Below are positions 24,147 to 35,598 of a stretch of DNA of 64,000 nt, in pieces; position 1 is the first letter of the stretch, and each line of letters starts with the position of its first letter. Made by a program: the position numbers and the translations under genes. The notes beneath the pieces were generated by a model. The model saw only the letters and a program-made list of their open reading frames with translations. It did no database searches and was not told where the DNA came from. Origin of the DNA: Thalia democratica (lineage: Eukaryota); the NCBI GenBank assembly GCA_965202585.1, contig OZ241828.1, positions 50,654,001 through 50,718,000 on the forward strand, given 5' to 3'.

Positions 24147-25502
24147 ATGACAAAAAAAGTGTGCATTATTGGCGCCGGACCTTCGGGCATGGCCCTGATC
24201 GGAAACTTGAAGAAAATAAGCACGGAGCAAGGAGTGGAGCTGAAAGTGACTTGCTACGAAAAACAGGAGGAAGTCGGGGGACTGTGGAACTTCACTTGGA
24301 GGACGGGAACGGACAAGTACGGAGAAAACGTGCACGGCTCCATGTACCAGGACCTGTTCAGCAACGGGCCCAAGGAGTGCCTCGAAATTCCGGAGTACAC
24401 CTTCGAGCGGCACTTCGGCAAGGAGATCCCGTCTTTCCCGCCTCGGCGTGTGCTGAAGGATTACTTGAGAGGATACTGGAAGTTTTTGGGAGTCGACGAA
24501 GAAGCCGACGTGCTGAAGAGCCACTGTGTTAGGCAGGTGAACTACCGGGATGACAAGTTCACCGTGAAAGTCGCAAACTTGCCGGAAGATTCGGAGTTCG
24601 AGGAAACGTTCGACTACCTGGTCGTGGCGACGGGGCATTTTTCAGTTCCAAACGTGCCTCAAATTACCGGCATGAGCAACTTTCCCGGGCGAATTTTGCA
24701 CTCCCACGATTTCAGGAGCGCCAAAGAGTTCACCGGAAAGGACGTGCTGGTTGTGGGAGCGAGTTACAGCGCTGAGGACATCGGGCTTCAGTGCTACAAG
24801 TTTGGCGCCAAAAGCGTCACCACTTCCTACAGGACCAAGCCGATGGGTTTCAATTGGCCGGATACCGTCGTGGAACGGCCTTTGGTTACTAAAATTGAGG
24901 GAAAAACTTGTTTGTTCAAGGACGGCTACAAAAAAGACGTGGACGCGATAATAATGTGCACGGGGTACAAGCACCACTTTCCTTTTATGCCCAAGGAACT
25001 GAGGTTGAACACAACAAACATTTACAACCTGCCAAACTTGTACCGAAACTTACAGTGGTATGCAACTGATAACGGTCAGAAGGATTGCAACGGCAGGCTT
25101 TTTTACGCGGGTATGCAGGATGAGTTCTACACGTTTACCATGTTCTCATTGCAAGCCATGTGGGTATCGAATGTAGTTTGCGGTAAAATAAAAGTTCCGG
25201 TTGCAGCCGAGTGCAAGGAAGAAATTAAGAAATGGCTCGATTCTAACAAGGACTTGACGGATTATTTCATGGAAATTGATTCGCAGACTAAATATTTGCA
25301 GCGGCTGGCAACGGATATCAAGTATGAAAAAGACTTGGACGTTGCTGACATGTTCATTCAATTGCTACATGATAAGGCGAAAGATATTCTGACATACAGG
25401 GACAAGTCGTTTGTTTCAAAGTTTTCTGGTAACAAAGCTCCCGCTCAAAAAGCCCCATGGATCAAAAGCTTTGATGACAGCATCAAAAACTACATTCAAT
25501 GA
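24147..25502 (+). CDS. Bacterial-type flavin-containing monooxygenase (trimethylamine monooxygenase/mFMO-like), copy 1, intronless, 451 aa
   Basis: Motifs GAGPSG, GGLWNFTWRTG, SNGPKECLE, ATGHFS, FPGRILHSHDF (FMO signature), GASYSAEDIG, CTGY, GMQD and C-terminal PW..DDS. No C-terminal membrane anchor. Confidence 0.93.
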   Translation: MTKKVCIIGAGPSGMALIGNLKKISTEQGVELKVTCYEKQEEVGGLWNFTWRTGTDKYGENVHGSMYQDLFSNGPKECLEIPEYTFERHFGKEIPSFPPRRVLKDYLRGYWKFLGVDEEADVLKSHCVRQVNYRDDKFTVKVANLPEDSEFEETFDYLVVATGHFSVPNVPQITGMSNFPGRILHSHDFRSAKEFTGKDVLVVGASYSAEDIGLQCYKFGAKSVTTSYRTKPMGFNWPDTVVERPLVTKIEGKTCLFKDGYKKDVDAIIMCTGYKHHFPFMPKELRLNTTNIYNLPNLYRNLQWYATDNGQKDCNGRLFYAGMQDEFYTFTMFSLQAMWVSNVVCGKIKVPVAAECKEEIKKWLDSNKDLTDYFMEIDSQTKYLQRLATDIKYEKDLDVADMFIQLLHDKAKDILTYRDKSFVSKFSGNKAPAQKAPWIKSFDDSIKNYIQ

Positions 25503-26614
25503 AAAAAAGCTTAAAACTTAACTTGTTATGTAAATATAAAATCATTTGCATAAACAAATGTTTTTTATTTAAATTTTCACCATAGTTTGCTCTTAGAATT
25601 AATTTACCATGTTAAAAGTTTTATCTTTAATGTTGCTTTAACTTAGTACCTGTTTGTTGTTCCCAACAAACCATACCTAATTATCTGTATATGTATACTC
25701 TGTGCTTTGAATATTAAAAGTTGTTTTATGCTACTTATGAGTCACTATTTATAATTTTTTATATGAACGAGTTTTGTTTATGTGCAAAATAAAAGGATTC
25801 AGTTTATTTTTTGATTTATTTACATGCAACTTTTGTTTTTCTATAATACAGAAGTTTTACCTAAAAAATTTAATTGTTTGTACAAAAAATTTAGTGTTGT
25901 TAGAAGCTTATAATTGCTTTTACTTCTAATTATTTACATGTCAAACAAAACTCATTAAAAAACTAATTTAAATAATAGCTAGTACAAAAATTAGTTTTAC
26001 TTAAGTCGTAGCAGAGTTTCCCAAATTTCAAGACTAAAAATGTTCAATACTGAAAAAATAGTTTTTTGTTTTAATATTAAATGTTAAATTAAGTAGAAAT
26101 GTGACGACTTTCTGATATAAATCTAACAACTTAAGTTGTATTGTTGTTAAAAAACTATAAGTAAATTGCCACAATTACTCGAATCGAGTATGACATTAAG
26201 TTAAAACAAACAAACCTTAATCAGAGCTTTTATTTTTAGAATTCTGGTTGTAAGCAGGGGCGTTGCGTTGGAGCAGATGCTCTATCTAAAAATAAATAAC
26301 AAATTATTATAATATTTTTTATTTGTTAAAATGTAATTTTTAAATGTTTATCATTAAAAGGGGTTTTTCTTAACTGAAATACAACAACGAAAATACCTAA
26401 CTTTATTTTAATTTATTTAATAATGCAATGAAAATTAAAATTTAATTGTACAAGTAAACATTCTGTGTGTTTTCTTAACAAGTAGAAATAAGTAATTAGC
26501 GCTAAAAATATTCTAAGCATTAACACCAAAACTTGCGTTCAAACTATTTAGTATTTCAAGCTTAGCTAGATTTTAAAATTATACTATATATTAGATACAT
26601 CGTATGATGCAGAC

Positions 26615-27682
26615 CAGTAGCGTAGCGTGGTATTTTGGTCAGGGGGTGCGCAAATTTTTTTCTCAAAAAATCCTCTAAATTAAAACTTTTGTAATTAGCT
26701 ATAAAAAAACTTTTTATAAGTAATATAATTGAAAATAATTTATTAAGTAAAATAACTTCGTTAACTGTTTTAAAAAATATTTGTATATTACAAAATTAAA
26801 CAATTAAATAAAAGTATAAATTTCATTAGAATTACTTATACTTGCACAAATGTAAACTTACTAAATAAAAATTGTTTTTATTACTTACAGTAAACTTTAT
26901 ATCTTTAAAATTTAATATATTCAATAAAACGAAAGTATCTGTTTTTTTTACGAAAAAATATCAATCTCTTTAATATACATTACAACAGTGATAAAAACAC
27001 CTCATTGCACATAATCTTAATAAAGTTACACAGAAGTTAAAATAGACCAACTTTATAACTGTTATTACAGTTTATTAAAACTTTGTAAAATAGTTAAAAG
27101 TATACTTTTTAAATTCAATTTATTTGATTGCATTTGTTTAAAATAAAAATCACAAACAAAGTTTATTTCTCATAGGCCGATACGCTTTTTCTTGTATGTT
27201 TACAAAAATAAAGTTCAGAAAACTAGCAGTAGTCTTAACAATGTAGCTTAAAAAAAAATTGTAAAATTGTTTAATTTTTCTTTAAGCGTGACGTAATTTT
27301 TATAAACTTTTTTTAGAAAAATAATCTGCCATAAGGTTATACTACAGCGGTGCGCTATATTAATTGCGTGCTTTTTGAGTCTAAATTCTTATGAAGTTAA
27401 TGAACTTATAAAATTTTTCCTTATGGAGTTTTTCATCAACATCGGTGCGCATTTCAATTACGCACCGAATCAGTATATTGAGTAATAACATATACTTTCC
27501 TAACTTGTCACTAATTGGTATTCAAAATTTCGTTTAACTTTTTGAATACTAGATAAACATAGTTGAAAAAAGGCAGAAAAAATAAACTATAAAGGATAAA
27601 GATATTACATTCTTTTTTTTTACATTTTTCTTTTTTTGGGTGGCACGCATGCGCCAGTGTCCCTCCCCACGCTACGCCACTG
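26615..27682. mobile_element. Non-autonomous hAT element (1068 bp)
   Basis: 16-bp TIRs CAGTAGCGTAGCGTGG / CCACGCTACGCCACTG (1 mismatch). 8-bp TSD ATGCAGAC at 26607-26614 and 27683-27690. Absent from copy 2. Confidence 0.9.
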
Positions 27683-27690
27683 ATGCAGAC

Positions 27691-29930
27691 CAATATAAAA
27701 GAATTTATCTTACTGAAAGATCTAGACCTAAGATTCACTATGCAATAATGTTTCTCACTTTGAAAATGATTTGTTCAACTATGTAAAAATATAAAATTTA
27801 AAAAGCAAAATTCAGTTTTTCAAAGTAAGCTTAAACATTCTATAAAAAGTATTAAACAAAAAGAAAAAGTAATAGTTAAAGCTGACAAAACTGATAATCT
27901 TTACTCAATGGATGTGGATAACTACAAAAAATTATTATTTGAAACTTTTACTTCAAAATACAAAAAAGCTACAACCGAAATTGTCAACAATATCAACGCT
28001 GAGGCAGAACTTTTAATCTCTAAGAATAAAATAAAAAGTAAAATTAGAAATATAAGTAATTAAAATGCTTTTATCACACTTAAGGATCATAAAGAAAAAT
28101 TTCTATACAAAAAATCATGTAGATTAATAAATACATGCAAGTCTAGTTTAGGAATAATAATAAGAAAATACTGGAAAACATTCTGCCTGTAATAAGATCT
28201 AAAACAGGACTGCTACAGTTGAAAAACTAATTTGAAGTTTTTGGATGGTTTAATAACATCAAAAATAAGAATCTATTCATTTTCATGAAACTGGTTGTTA
28301 TGGATTTTTATCCTAAGATTTCCAAAGAGCTCTTAATAATTGTTATTCAATTTGCAGGAAAATATATTGATGTTATTAATGACCAAGTTGAAATCATACT
28401 TCACTCAAGTAAAACCATTCTATTTTTCGATAATGAGTGCTGGATAAAAAAGAACTCTGCACATGATCTTTTTGATATATCAATGGGAAGTTTTTTTGAG
28501 CAGAGGTTTGTGAATTGGTAGGATTATTTATCTTAAGTGAGCTAATAAATAATAAAAAAATGGACAAATCTAATTGTGGCCTTTAGCGAGTTGACAGTTT
28601 GCTCATAGTTAAAAAACGATCACCAAGATTTATTGATCAAATGAGGAAATCTATAACGAAAGCGTTTCAGCAACATAACTTAAAAGTGATAATTGAACTA
28701 AGCACACAAATGGTGGACTTTTTAGACATAACTATGGACCTGGAGAAGGACGAATATCTTCCATTTAGTAAAGAGAATGCTAAGAATATATATATGAACT
28801 TCAACTCAAATCATCCATACTCATCAATATTTGACAAGATATAAGATCCTTATGAAAAGACTTTAAAAAAAAGTGGTTTTAAAGCAACACTATCATATGT
28901 TCAAAATAGTTTTATCGGAAAAATTAGAAGAAATTTAAGGAAAAAGAAAGTTTTTTACTACAATGCTCCTTTCAGTAATTGTATAAAAACGAATATAGGG
29001 AAAGAATTTCTAAAATTAGTATCTAATTGGGCCTCTATAGTTCTATATTTCATAGAAATACAATAAAGATTTCAGATTCCTGTATGTCTAACTTGGAAAA
29101 AGAATTGTCCAATTACAACCAGAAATTACTTCAAAACTCAAACGAAACAACTTTAGAAAACATCAAATTTTGCAATTGTAGATCAAAAGCTAATTGTCCA
29201 GTTAACGGTGAATGTCTTACTAAAGAAGTCATTTATAAGGCAACAGTTATGCATAAAAACAAGGAAAATATTTACATTGGTTCAACTGGAAGACAATTCA
29301 AAAGTAGATATTATGAACATACTCAATCCTTTAGAAATGCAAAAAAGAAAGAAAGTACAAGATTAAGTAGATTTATTCACAAAATCAAAATGGCAATGTT
29401 GATTGGAGAAAAATAATAAAATGGGAGATTATTCATCGTAGTAACCAAAATAGACCTAGTAAACTTTGCACCCTCTGCAATTTGGAGAGACTGAAATTGC
29501 ATTTGCAGACAACAACATACTTTTGAACTTAAGATCAGAATTGGTAGGAAAATGTAGACATTTTACAAAGTTTTCTTTGAAATCTTGATTTACTAAATTT
29601 AAGTTTAATTAACCTACCTTTGTTTGCTTTATGTAATTTTGTTTTTTATATTGTCTTTTTTTTTTCTTGTTATTATTGTATTTTACGTTAATGATAATCT
29701 ATTTTGCTGAAAATTACTTAAATTTGATTAATTAACTAAATACCTAATCAACTAATTACTCATCTCTAACTGTATAAAGTGTTTGTCTATTGCAACTTGT
29801 TGGTTTGTTTACTTGTGATCATCGCTTTAGCGTGAAACAATTGTTAAGTAATAAACTCAATATAACTTTTGTCTTAATTGTAAATTTTATAAATATTCAA
29901 ATATTTTTGATTATATATATAGTTTATTGA
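27691..29930 (+). mobile_element. Decayed Penelope-like retroelement (RT + GIY-YIG endonuclease)
   Basis: Broken frames encode VIVKADKTDNLY, DFYPKISKELL, FDISMGSF..AEVCELVGLFIL, VDFLDITMDL, YMNFNSNHP, CNCRSKANCPVNGECL and IYIGSTGRQFKSRYYEH. Many stops and frameshifts. Absent from copy 2. Confidence 0.9.
29809..29851 (+). ncRNA. Minimal type I hammerhead ribozyme fold in the Penelope 3' region
   Basis: TTACTT-GTGATCA-T-CGC TTTA GCG-T-GAAAC AATT GT-T-AAGTAA. Stem I TTACTT/AAGTAA, core G3 U4 G5 A6 U7 C8 A9, stem II CGC/GCG, GAAA, palindromic stem III ACAATTGT, cleavage triplet GUU. Confidence 0.7.
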
Positions 29931-30778
29931 AAAAAAAAAAGATACTCAAAATGTTTGGTCCTAGGACCTGGTGCACGAACAGCCTTTCGGTTATCGAAGT
30001 CGCACACCACGGATACCTTTTAACGTCTTGTCCAGGACTATACCCTAACAAAAATGCGTAGGCTTTGTTTTTATTACAAAAATGTTTCGAGGCTTATTAG
30101 TTTTATCTTTTGTGAACTTAAATAAAATAAAACAAATAAATTACAACATTTTATTAAAATATTATATTACCCATCACATCAGAGTTGCATAGTTTGTAGT
30201 CTGTATTTTTTTTTGCTCTTTGCACTCAGAATTTTGTGCATCTCCTCTCAAAAAGTTAAGCGTAATAAACTAATATATTTGAATCTCTAAATTTGAGATA
30301 GTTTTATTTCTAACGCCCTTAAATCTAAAACATGCTAATTTGTGGCGACCTCTCATCAAAAAATGGCAACTACTATATAAAAATTACCTAAAAAAACCAT
30401 AGAACGAAGAAGTAACTTCTTTTCGTTTTAGTAGCTAATTATAATTACTTAAAAACTTTTTTTTGTCTATTAAATAAATATGAAGAGATATCTTTTATCT
30501 AATTTTTATTCATTATCTATAAAATGTAGTTACAAGTTTGGCATAAGAATATCTCAAATTATGCTACTTCTAAAATTTTAACAAGAAACAATAAAAAACC
30601 ACAAGTGAAATTAAAAAATATTTTTTTAAATATGATAATAACAAAAAACTTTATATAAACAGAAAAATATTCAAAACTTGTGGTGTTAAAAAACAGTACT
30701 TCAATTACATTAAGTTTTTTAAGTTTCTAAGTTTTATAATTAGTAAATGCTTTTAGTGTTGTATAATTTTTTTCTTCA

Positions 30779-32250
30779 TCAAAGTAGTAGCTTTTTTTTT
30801 GTTAAACAAAAGAACAAACATACTTTTAACACACTAAAGAGGTGAGAAAGAATAGAACAAAAATAATCATAAAAACACTTAGAAGGCGACAAAATCAGTT
30901 TAACTGGTTTAACCACCTGGCTGCGCAGCTGAGACGAAGCCAGACTGTATATCAAAGGGTCCAGGCACTCGCTGGAACTGACGCAGAGGTACGATATTAT
31001 TCCGAACCAGTAGTCCAGCATTTTGTCACTGGCTTTCGACTCGGAAATGTTGGAAATTATCGTCCACAGTAGGTAGGCTACAAATGGGACGTAACCCGCG
31101 GCAAACGTGGCTATGATGGCCGTCAGCTGCTTGTATATTCGCCTGTATCGCTTCACCACGAAGAAGTCGTTTAAAAGGCGGAAATTTGAAATTTTAGCTT
31201 AAAATTAATTAATGTTTTTTGTTGCTGAAAGTTTAATTAATATGTTAATCTACACGTTTCTTAAAATGTTTTCTAAAATTTTTTTTTTAGGTTTGTAATT
31301 AAATCTTAAATTTTTTACAGTATGTTATGATAACTTAATTAATCTATAAAACAATCTTTTAAACAAAAGCAGAATATGTAAATATATGTGTAGATGCTAA
31401 GTATTGTTTTATGATTAGCTTTTTTCACAGTTCATTAATGCAATTCATTGTTGTAGAGCTAATTATTTTGTATGAAAAACTTTTTTTTTCCGAAATTGTT
31501 TACAATTGTTTCAGTGCGATTTGTACCAATTGTCAAAACAGCTTTTATAATAAAAGTATACGTGCATATAAAGATACAAATAAAACAGTACAGTTTTAAT
31601 TATTAATTTTATATAAACTTTTTCTGTTCGGAGAGCGCCACATAAATGAGTGAGGACAGTACTGCAATGATTATTAGAGGTACTACAAACATAATAGAGT
31701 AAGCGACAACTGCGTATAAAAAATACCCCATAACAAAATCGTCCATTACAGAGCAAGTTGGCCACGGTGACTCTGTATCAGAATAAAATAAAACTAAAAT
31801 ATATTTTCTTCTTTTTAAAGCAATCTATATTAAACTTAATGTTAACCGTGAACAATTGTTATTGTTTTTATTTGCAAACAAAAATTATTCAAAACCTTAA
31901 AACTCGTTGTCTTAAATATTTTATTTTGCAAGTAGTTTAAAACCTGCTTTTTAAAAAGTAAAAATAATGTTTTGCATGTTCAACTTTAAAGAAGGTTAGA
32001 TCAACATTAGTTATGAGTTTTAGACTAACGCTGGTCATTATGACTTCTAACACCGCAAAGTAAACACAACGGAGCACTTGCAGCCAATGACAGAGACCAG
32101 ATAATAATCACATAAAAAGTATTTCTTTTCTTGAGACGTCATTTATGGCAAAGGGTTTTTTGACTGCCAGATATCTCAGGTATGCGTACAGCATGATGTG
32201 CAGTGAAGTAGAATAGCTAGTAGTGAAATCCATCAACCAGCAGAACTTGC
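30779..32250 (-). pseudogene. Rhodopsin-class GPCR, copy 1, truncated and disabled
   Basis: Exon 1 and promoter are absent (cut by the junction at ~32410). Exon 2 is 221 nt vs 222 nt in copy 2 (-1 in an A-run at ~32114-32120). An ~80-bp deletion at 31184/31185 removes the exon 4 acceptor. Confidence 0.85.
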
Positions 32251-32673
32251 CTTAAAATCATCTTTATACCACTTAAACACGTATTAATTTTTGAAAAAAT
32301 ATGTAGTTTAAGAAAGAACTTGTGTGTATTTGTTTTAATTGTAGCATTGAAAGAAAAATTTTTGTAAACATAGTTTATTTAATAAAAGTAATATATAAAT
32401 AATAAATTTCATTTTATATCGTAGTTAGAATCAATAGCATCACTTATAAAGTGAATTATAAAATATTTTTAACTTTTTGTTTACTTAAAAAAATTTTAGG
32501 AATTTTTCAAATTTATTGATATACCTTATTTTGTTTCTTGTTATTCTTGTGCAACTCAAGTTTAAAAAAATTAATAATAATTAATATGCTCACTAATATC
32601 TACGAATCTTCATAGTATCTCAAATACAATGAGTTTAGTATTTTTACAGAGTATTTAATTGTATAAAGTTGAA

Positions 32674-35598
32674 ATGTTACCGAGTAAAAACTTCAATGAT
32701 AACAGTTTCTACCTGGCAAACTTTACAGTGCCGTCTTTTACACCTAAACCACAAGAGGCAAACAACAAGATGTAGCCTTCAGGTTTACAAAATATATATC
32801 AGCAACACATGAATGCACAATACAATGGGCAACCCAACCTTGCCTACAATGTGCAAGGCATGTACATACCCAGATCTTCAAAACAGTACGTAGGAGTCCA
32901 GAACAACATTTATATCCAGCAAAATCAGAACCAACAGAACCAAAGGGGATTACATCTAGGTTACCAAAGCAGAAATAAAAATGCTAACTATACCCAAAAC
33001 ATGAGCAAAAACTTTCAAGGTACTCAAGGTTTACAAGATTACTACAAAGCGCAAGCTACTCCACTATTGAGAAATACCAACCAAAAAAGATATCAAAACC
33101 AACAAATGAATGTTGCGCGTCAAATGAATCAACCAATAGACGAGCAACACATGTTTAATACATTAATGCAGAACGTGAACACGCGAAAACGTTTGATTGA
33201 AATGTACCGGGAACTGATGGAACAGCAGCACAACACAATGCAAGCTCAAAACAATGTTCAAACTGCACAACTGGTTGACATACAAAATTCGCAGAAAAAC
33301 CAATTCCAAGTTCAGCAAGTATTAAATCCTCCTAATCCTAAGACTAACAATGTGGTTCCTTTCGAACAAAGCGTAGATTCAATGGGAGGAACAACATATT
33401 TTCATCTATTCTACCAGATCAAAGAAAAGATCGGTGAAGGCGGTCAAGGATCTGTATACTCGGGTAAGCAAAGGTTGTATTAACATTCAGATTTATGAAA
33501 AAAACATTTTATTAGTTATTTTTGTATTTAAACACCGTACATAAATTTTTTTTATTAATGTTTTTTAAAATATTTTAAATAAAGTTTGAAATTTTTTTTT
33601 TAATTAATTTCTTAAAACTAAATAAACACTTTTTCTTTCTAAAAATATGCATAAAAACTAAACTTCATAAAAAATGTTTTGAAAACGACTCTATCTTAAT
33701 TGAAGTTTAAAATTTAAACAGGTGTTTGTTTATACGATTCTCAAGACATTGCGATAAAAATTATAAGTTTGGATAAAAACTCTTTTTACCATCGACTACA
33801 AGGGTAAGAATCTTCCATATGAATTAGCTATGCATCTAGCTGCTTGTGAATCTGAAAAAAACAAAAACTTGGGATCTACTGGTATGTTTTTCCTTTTATT
33901 TTTTTTATAGTTGTTAGCCTTAGTATTTAATTTAAAAAGCTAAAAAAAAAATAACACAAAAAGTTTTTTCAATTTATTCAATTTTTTAATTTTTTTTTTG
34001 CTTAACTTCTATTTAATGTTAACATACAATGCTTTTTAAGTAATAAATGCGTTTCATAGTTTATTACACTAATATGTGCCATAGTAAAACTTTTAAATGT
34101 TTTGTTAACATGTATTTTTGACAACTAGTAATTTACAACGATTGAATTGTTATTAGAATTTTTTTTAAACTAAAAATCAAATGTTTAAACACTTATAATT
34201 GAGCCTTGTATAACGTACTTAAAAGTATTGGTATCTTAGGTATAATAAAAATATTCGATTGGTTTATGTTTTCCAAATGTTGTGTAATAGTAATGGAAAA
34301 ACCAAAAAACTATGAAGAACTCGCAAAATATATGACTAAAAACGGATCATTATCAGAAGAATCAGCAAAAACAGTTTTTATACAGGTAGTACTTTTTATA
34401 AGTTTATAGAATAAATTACAATAAATACTTAAAAATATTTTTCGTTAACCTGATTTTGGAACTTGCCAATTAAGTAGTATACACATGTTTAATCTTAAAC
34501 ATCAATACAAAAAAGTATTTTGTACTGGACTATAACTGTTTATGTGTTAAATATAGAAGAGGAAAGTGTTTTACTTAGTTTTGTATCAAAATTTTTTAAA
34601 GAGTATAGAATTATTTCTTAACTCTATTTTGAGAAATTTCTTAGCTACTTTTATTAAACAGTTTTGCATTACTTTAGTAGAAAATAATATTAAACACAAA
34701 TACTAACGTTTTAAATAAGTCTTTATTTGTCATTGTATTTTTGCCGTTTTTTAACTTCCTAAGAAAACTACAAATATAATTTAATAAAAAGTAGAATTAT
34801 AAGACGGTATATATTACTACAAACAGCTTTGGAATATTATGCAAAATCTCCATAACAGTTCAATAGCACACAAAGACATAAAAGCTGAAAATATACTTTT
34901 CAACCCAGTTACTAATGAAATCAAGTTGTTCGATTTTGGCTGTGCAACTTTTAATTCGGTTAGTTTAAATCGAAGTATTAGTATGAAAAATTGATTATCC
35001 AATGATGGTGTATGGATTGAAATAAATGTGTTACCTTTTTAAAAGTCTTCTTGCTGAATAATAACAAAATACTATCGATAGAAAAATGCTAATAAATTTT
35101 AACCTGATTAAATTTTAAGTAAAATTCATATGATTTCTAGTTACTTTACTTGGAAGAATTTTATCGAATGGCAAATTGTTTGAATTATTCGCAAAAAACC
35201 TTTGAAGTAATTCATTTGTTTCTTTCTGTTAAAAGTTTAAAACCGTTGTAACAGTTTCTACTATTTTTTTAATAGAAAGATATTTAACCGTAGTATCAGG
35301 TACCGAAAACTGCTATCCCCCTGAGTTTTTCACTGGAAATATAACTACTGGGGAAGACCTGGACAGATGGTGCATTGCTTTGGTATTGTACACCATTATT
35401 GAATGTAGTATTGCGTTTAAAACTCCTCAAGAAATTGTTTTCAATGATCTACCTTTGTCAAATGGTCATTCACCAGCATATTTGGATTTGATAACCAGCT
35501 TGTTGCACAAAAATCCTCAACGTAGGCTAAATTATGAGGAATTGAGTGTTCACCCTTGGATTTTAAGTTATGACACACTTTTGACAAAGTTTTCTTGA
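32674..35598 (+). pseudogene. Pim-like kinase copy 2, disabled
   Basis: CAG>TAG at codon 34 (32773-32775). A +1 insertion in exon 2 (TCTTTTTACC vs TCTTTATTC) gives TAA at 33805-33807. A -1 deletion at the start of exon 5 gives AAA GAT ATT TAA at ~35276-35287. The two frameshifts are in T-runs, so sequencing error is possible for them. Confidence 0.8.

Noticed and set aside
24141-25361. Overlapping antisense and alternative-frame ORFs over the FMO genes (also 48636-49865)
   Set aside because: Shadow ORFs expected from GC-rich coding sequence; no recognisable motifs.
24147-25502. FMO as bacterial contamination
   Set aside because: Both copies sit in AT-rich flanks colinear with intron-containing host genes and share the segmental duplication; no neighbouring bacterial genes or operon structure.
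30842-31072. Plus-strand ORF conserved in both copies (also 51825-52055)
   Set aside because: Antisense to GPCR exon 4, which explains its conservation.
32385-32415. Microhomology or shared repeat at the duplication junction
   Set aside because: Only low-complexity A/T sequence; no convincing match between the ~7535 and ~53460 flanks, so the mechanism cannot be called.
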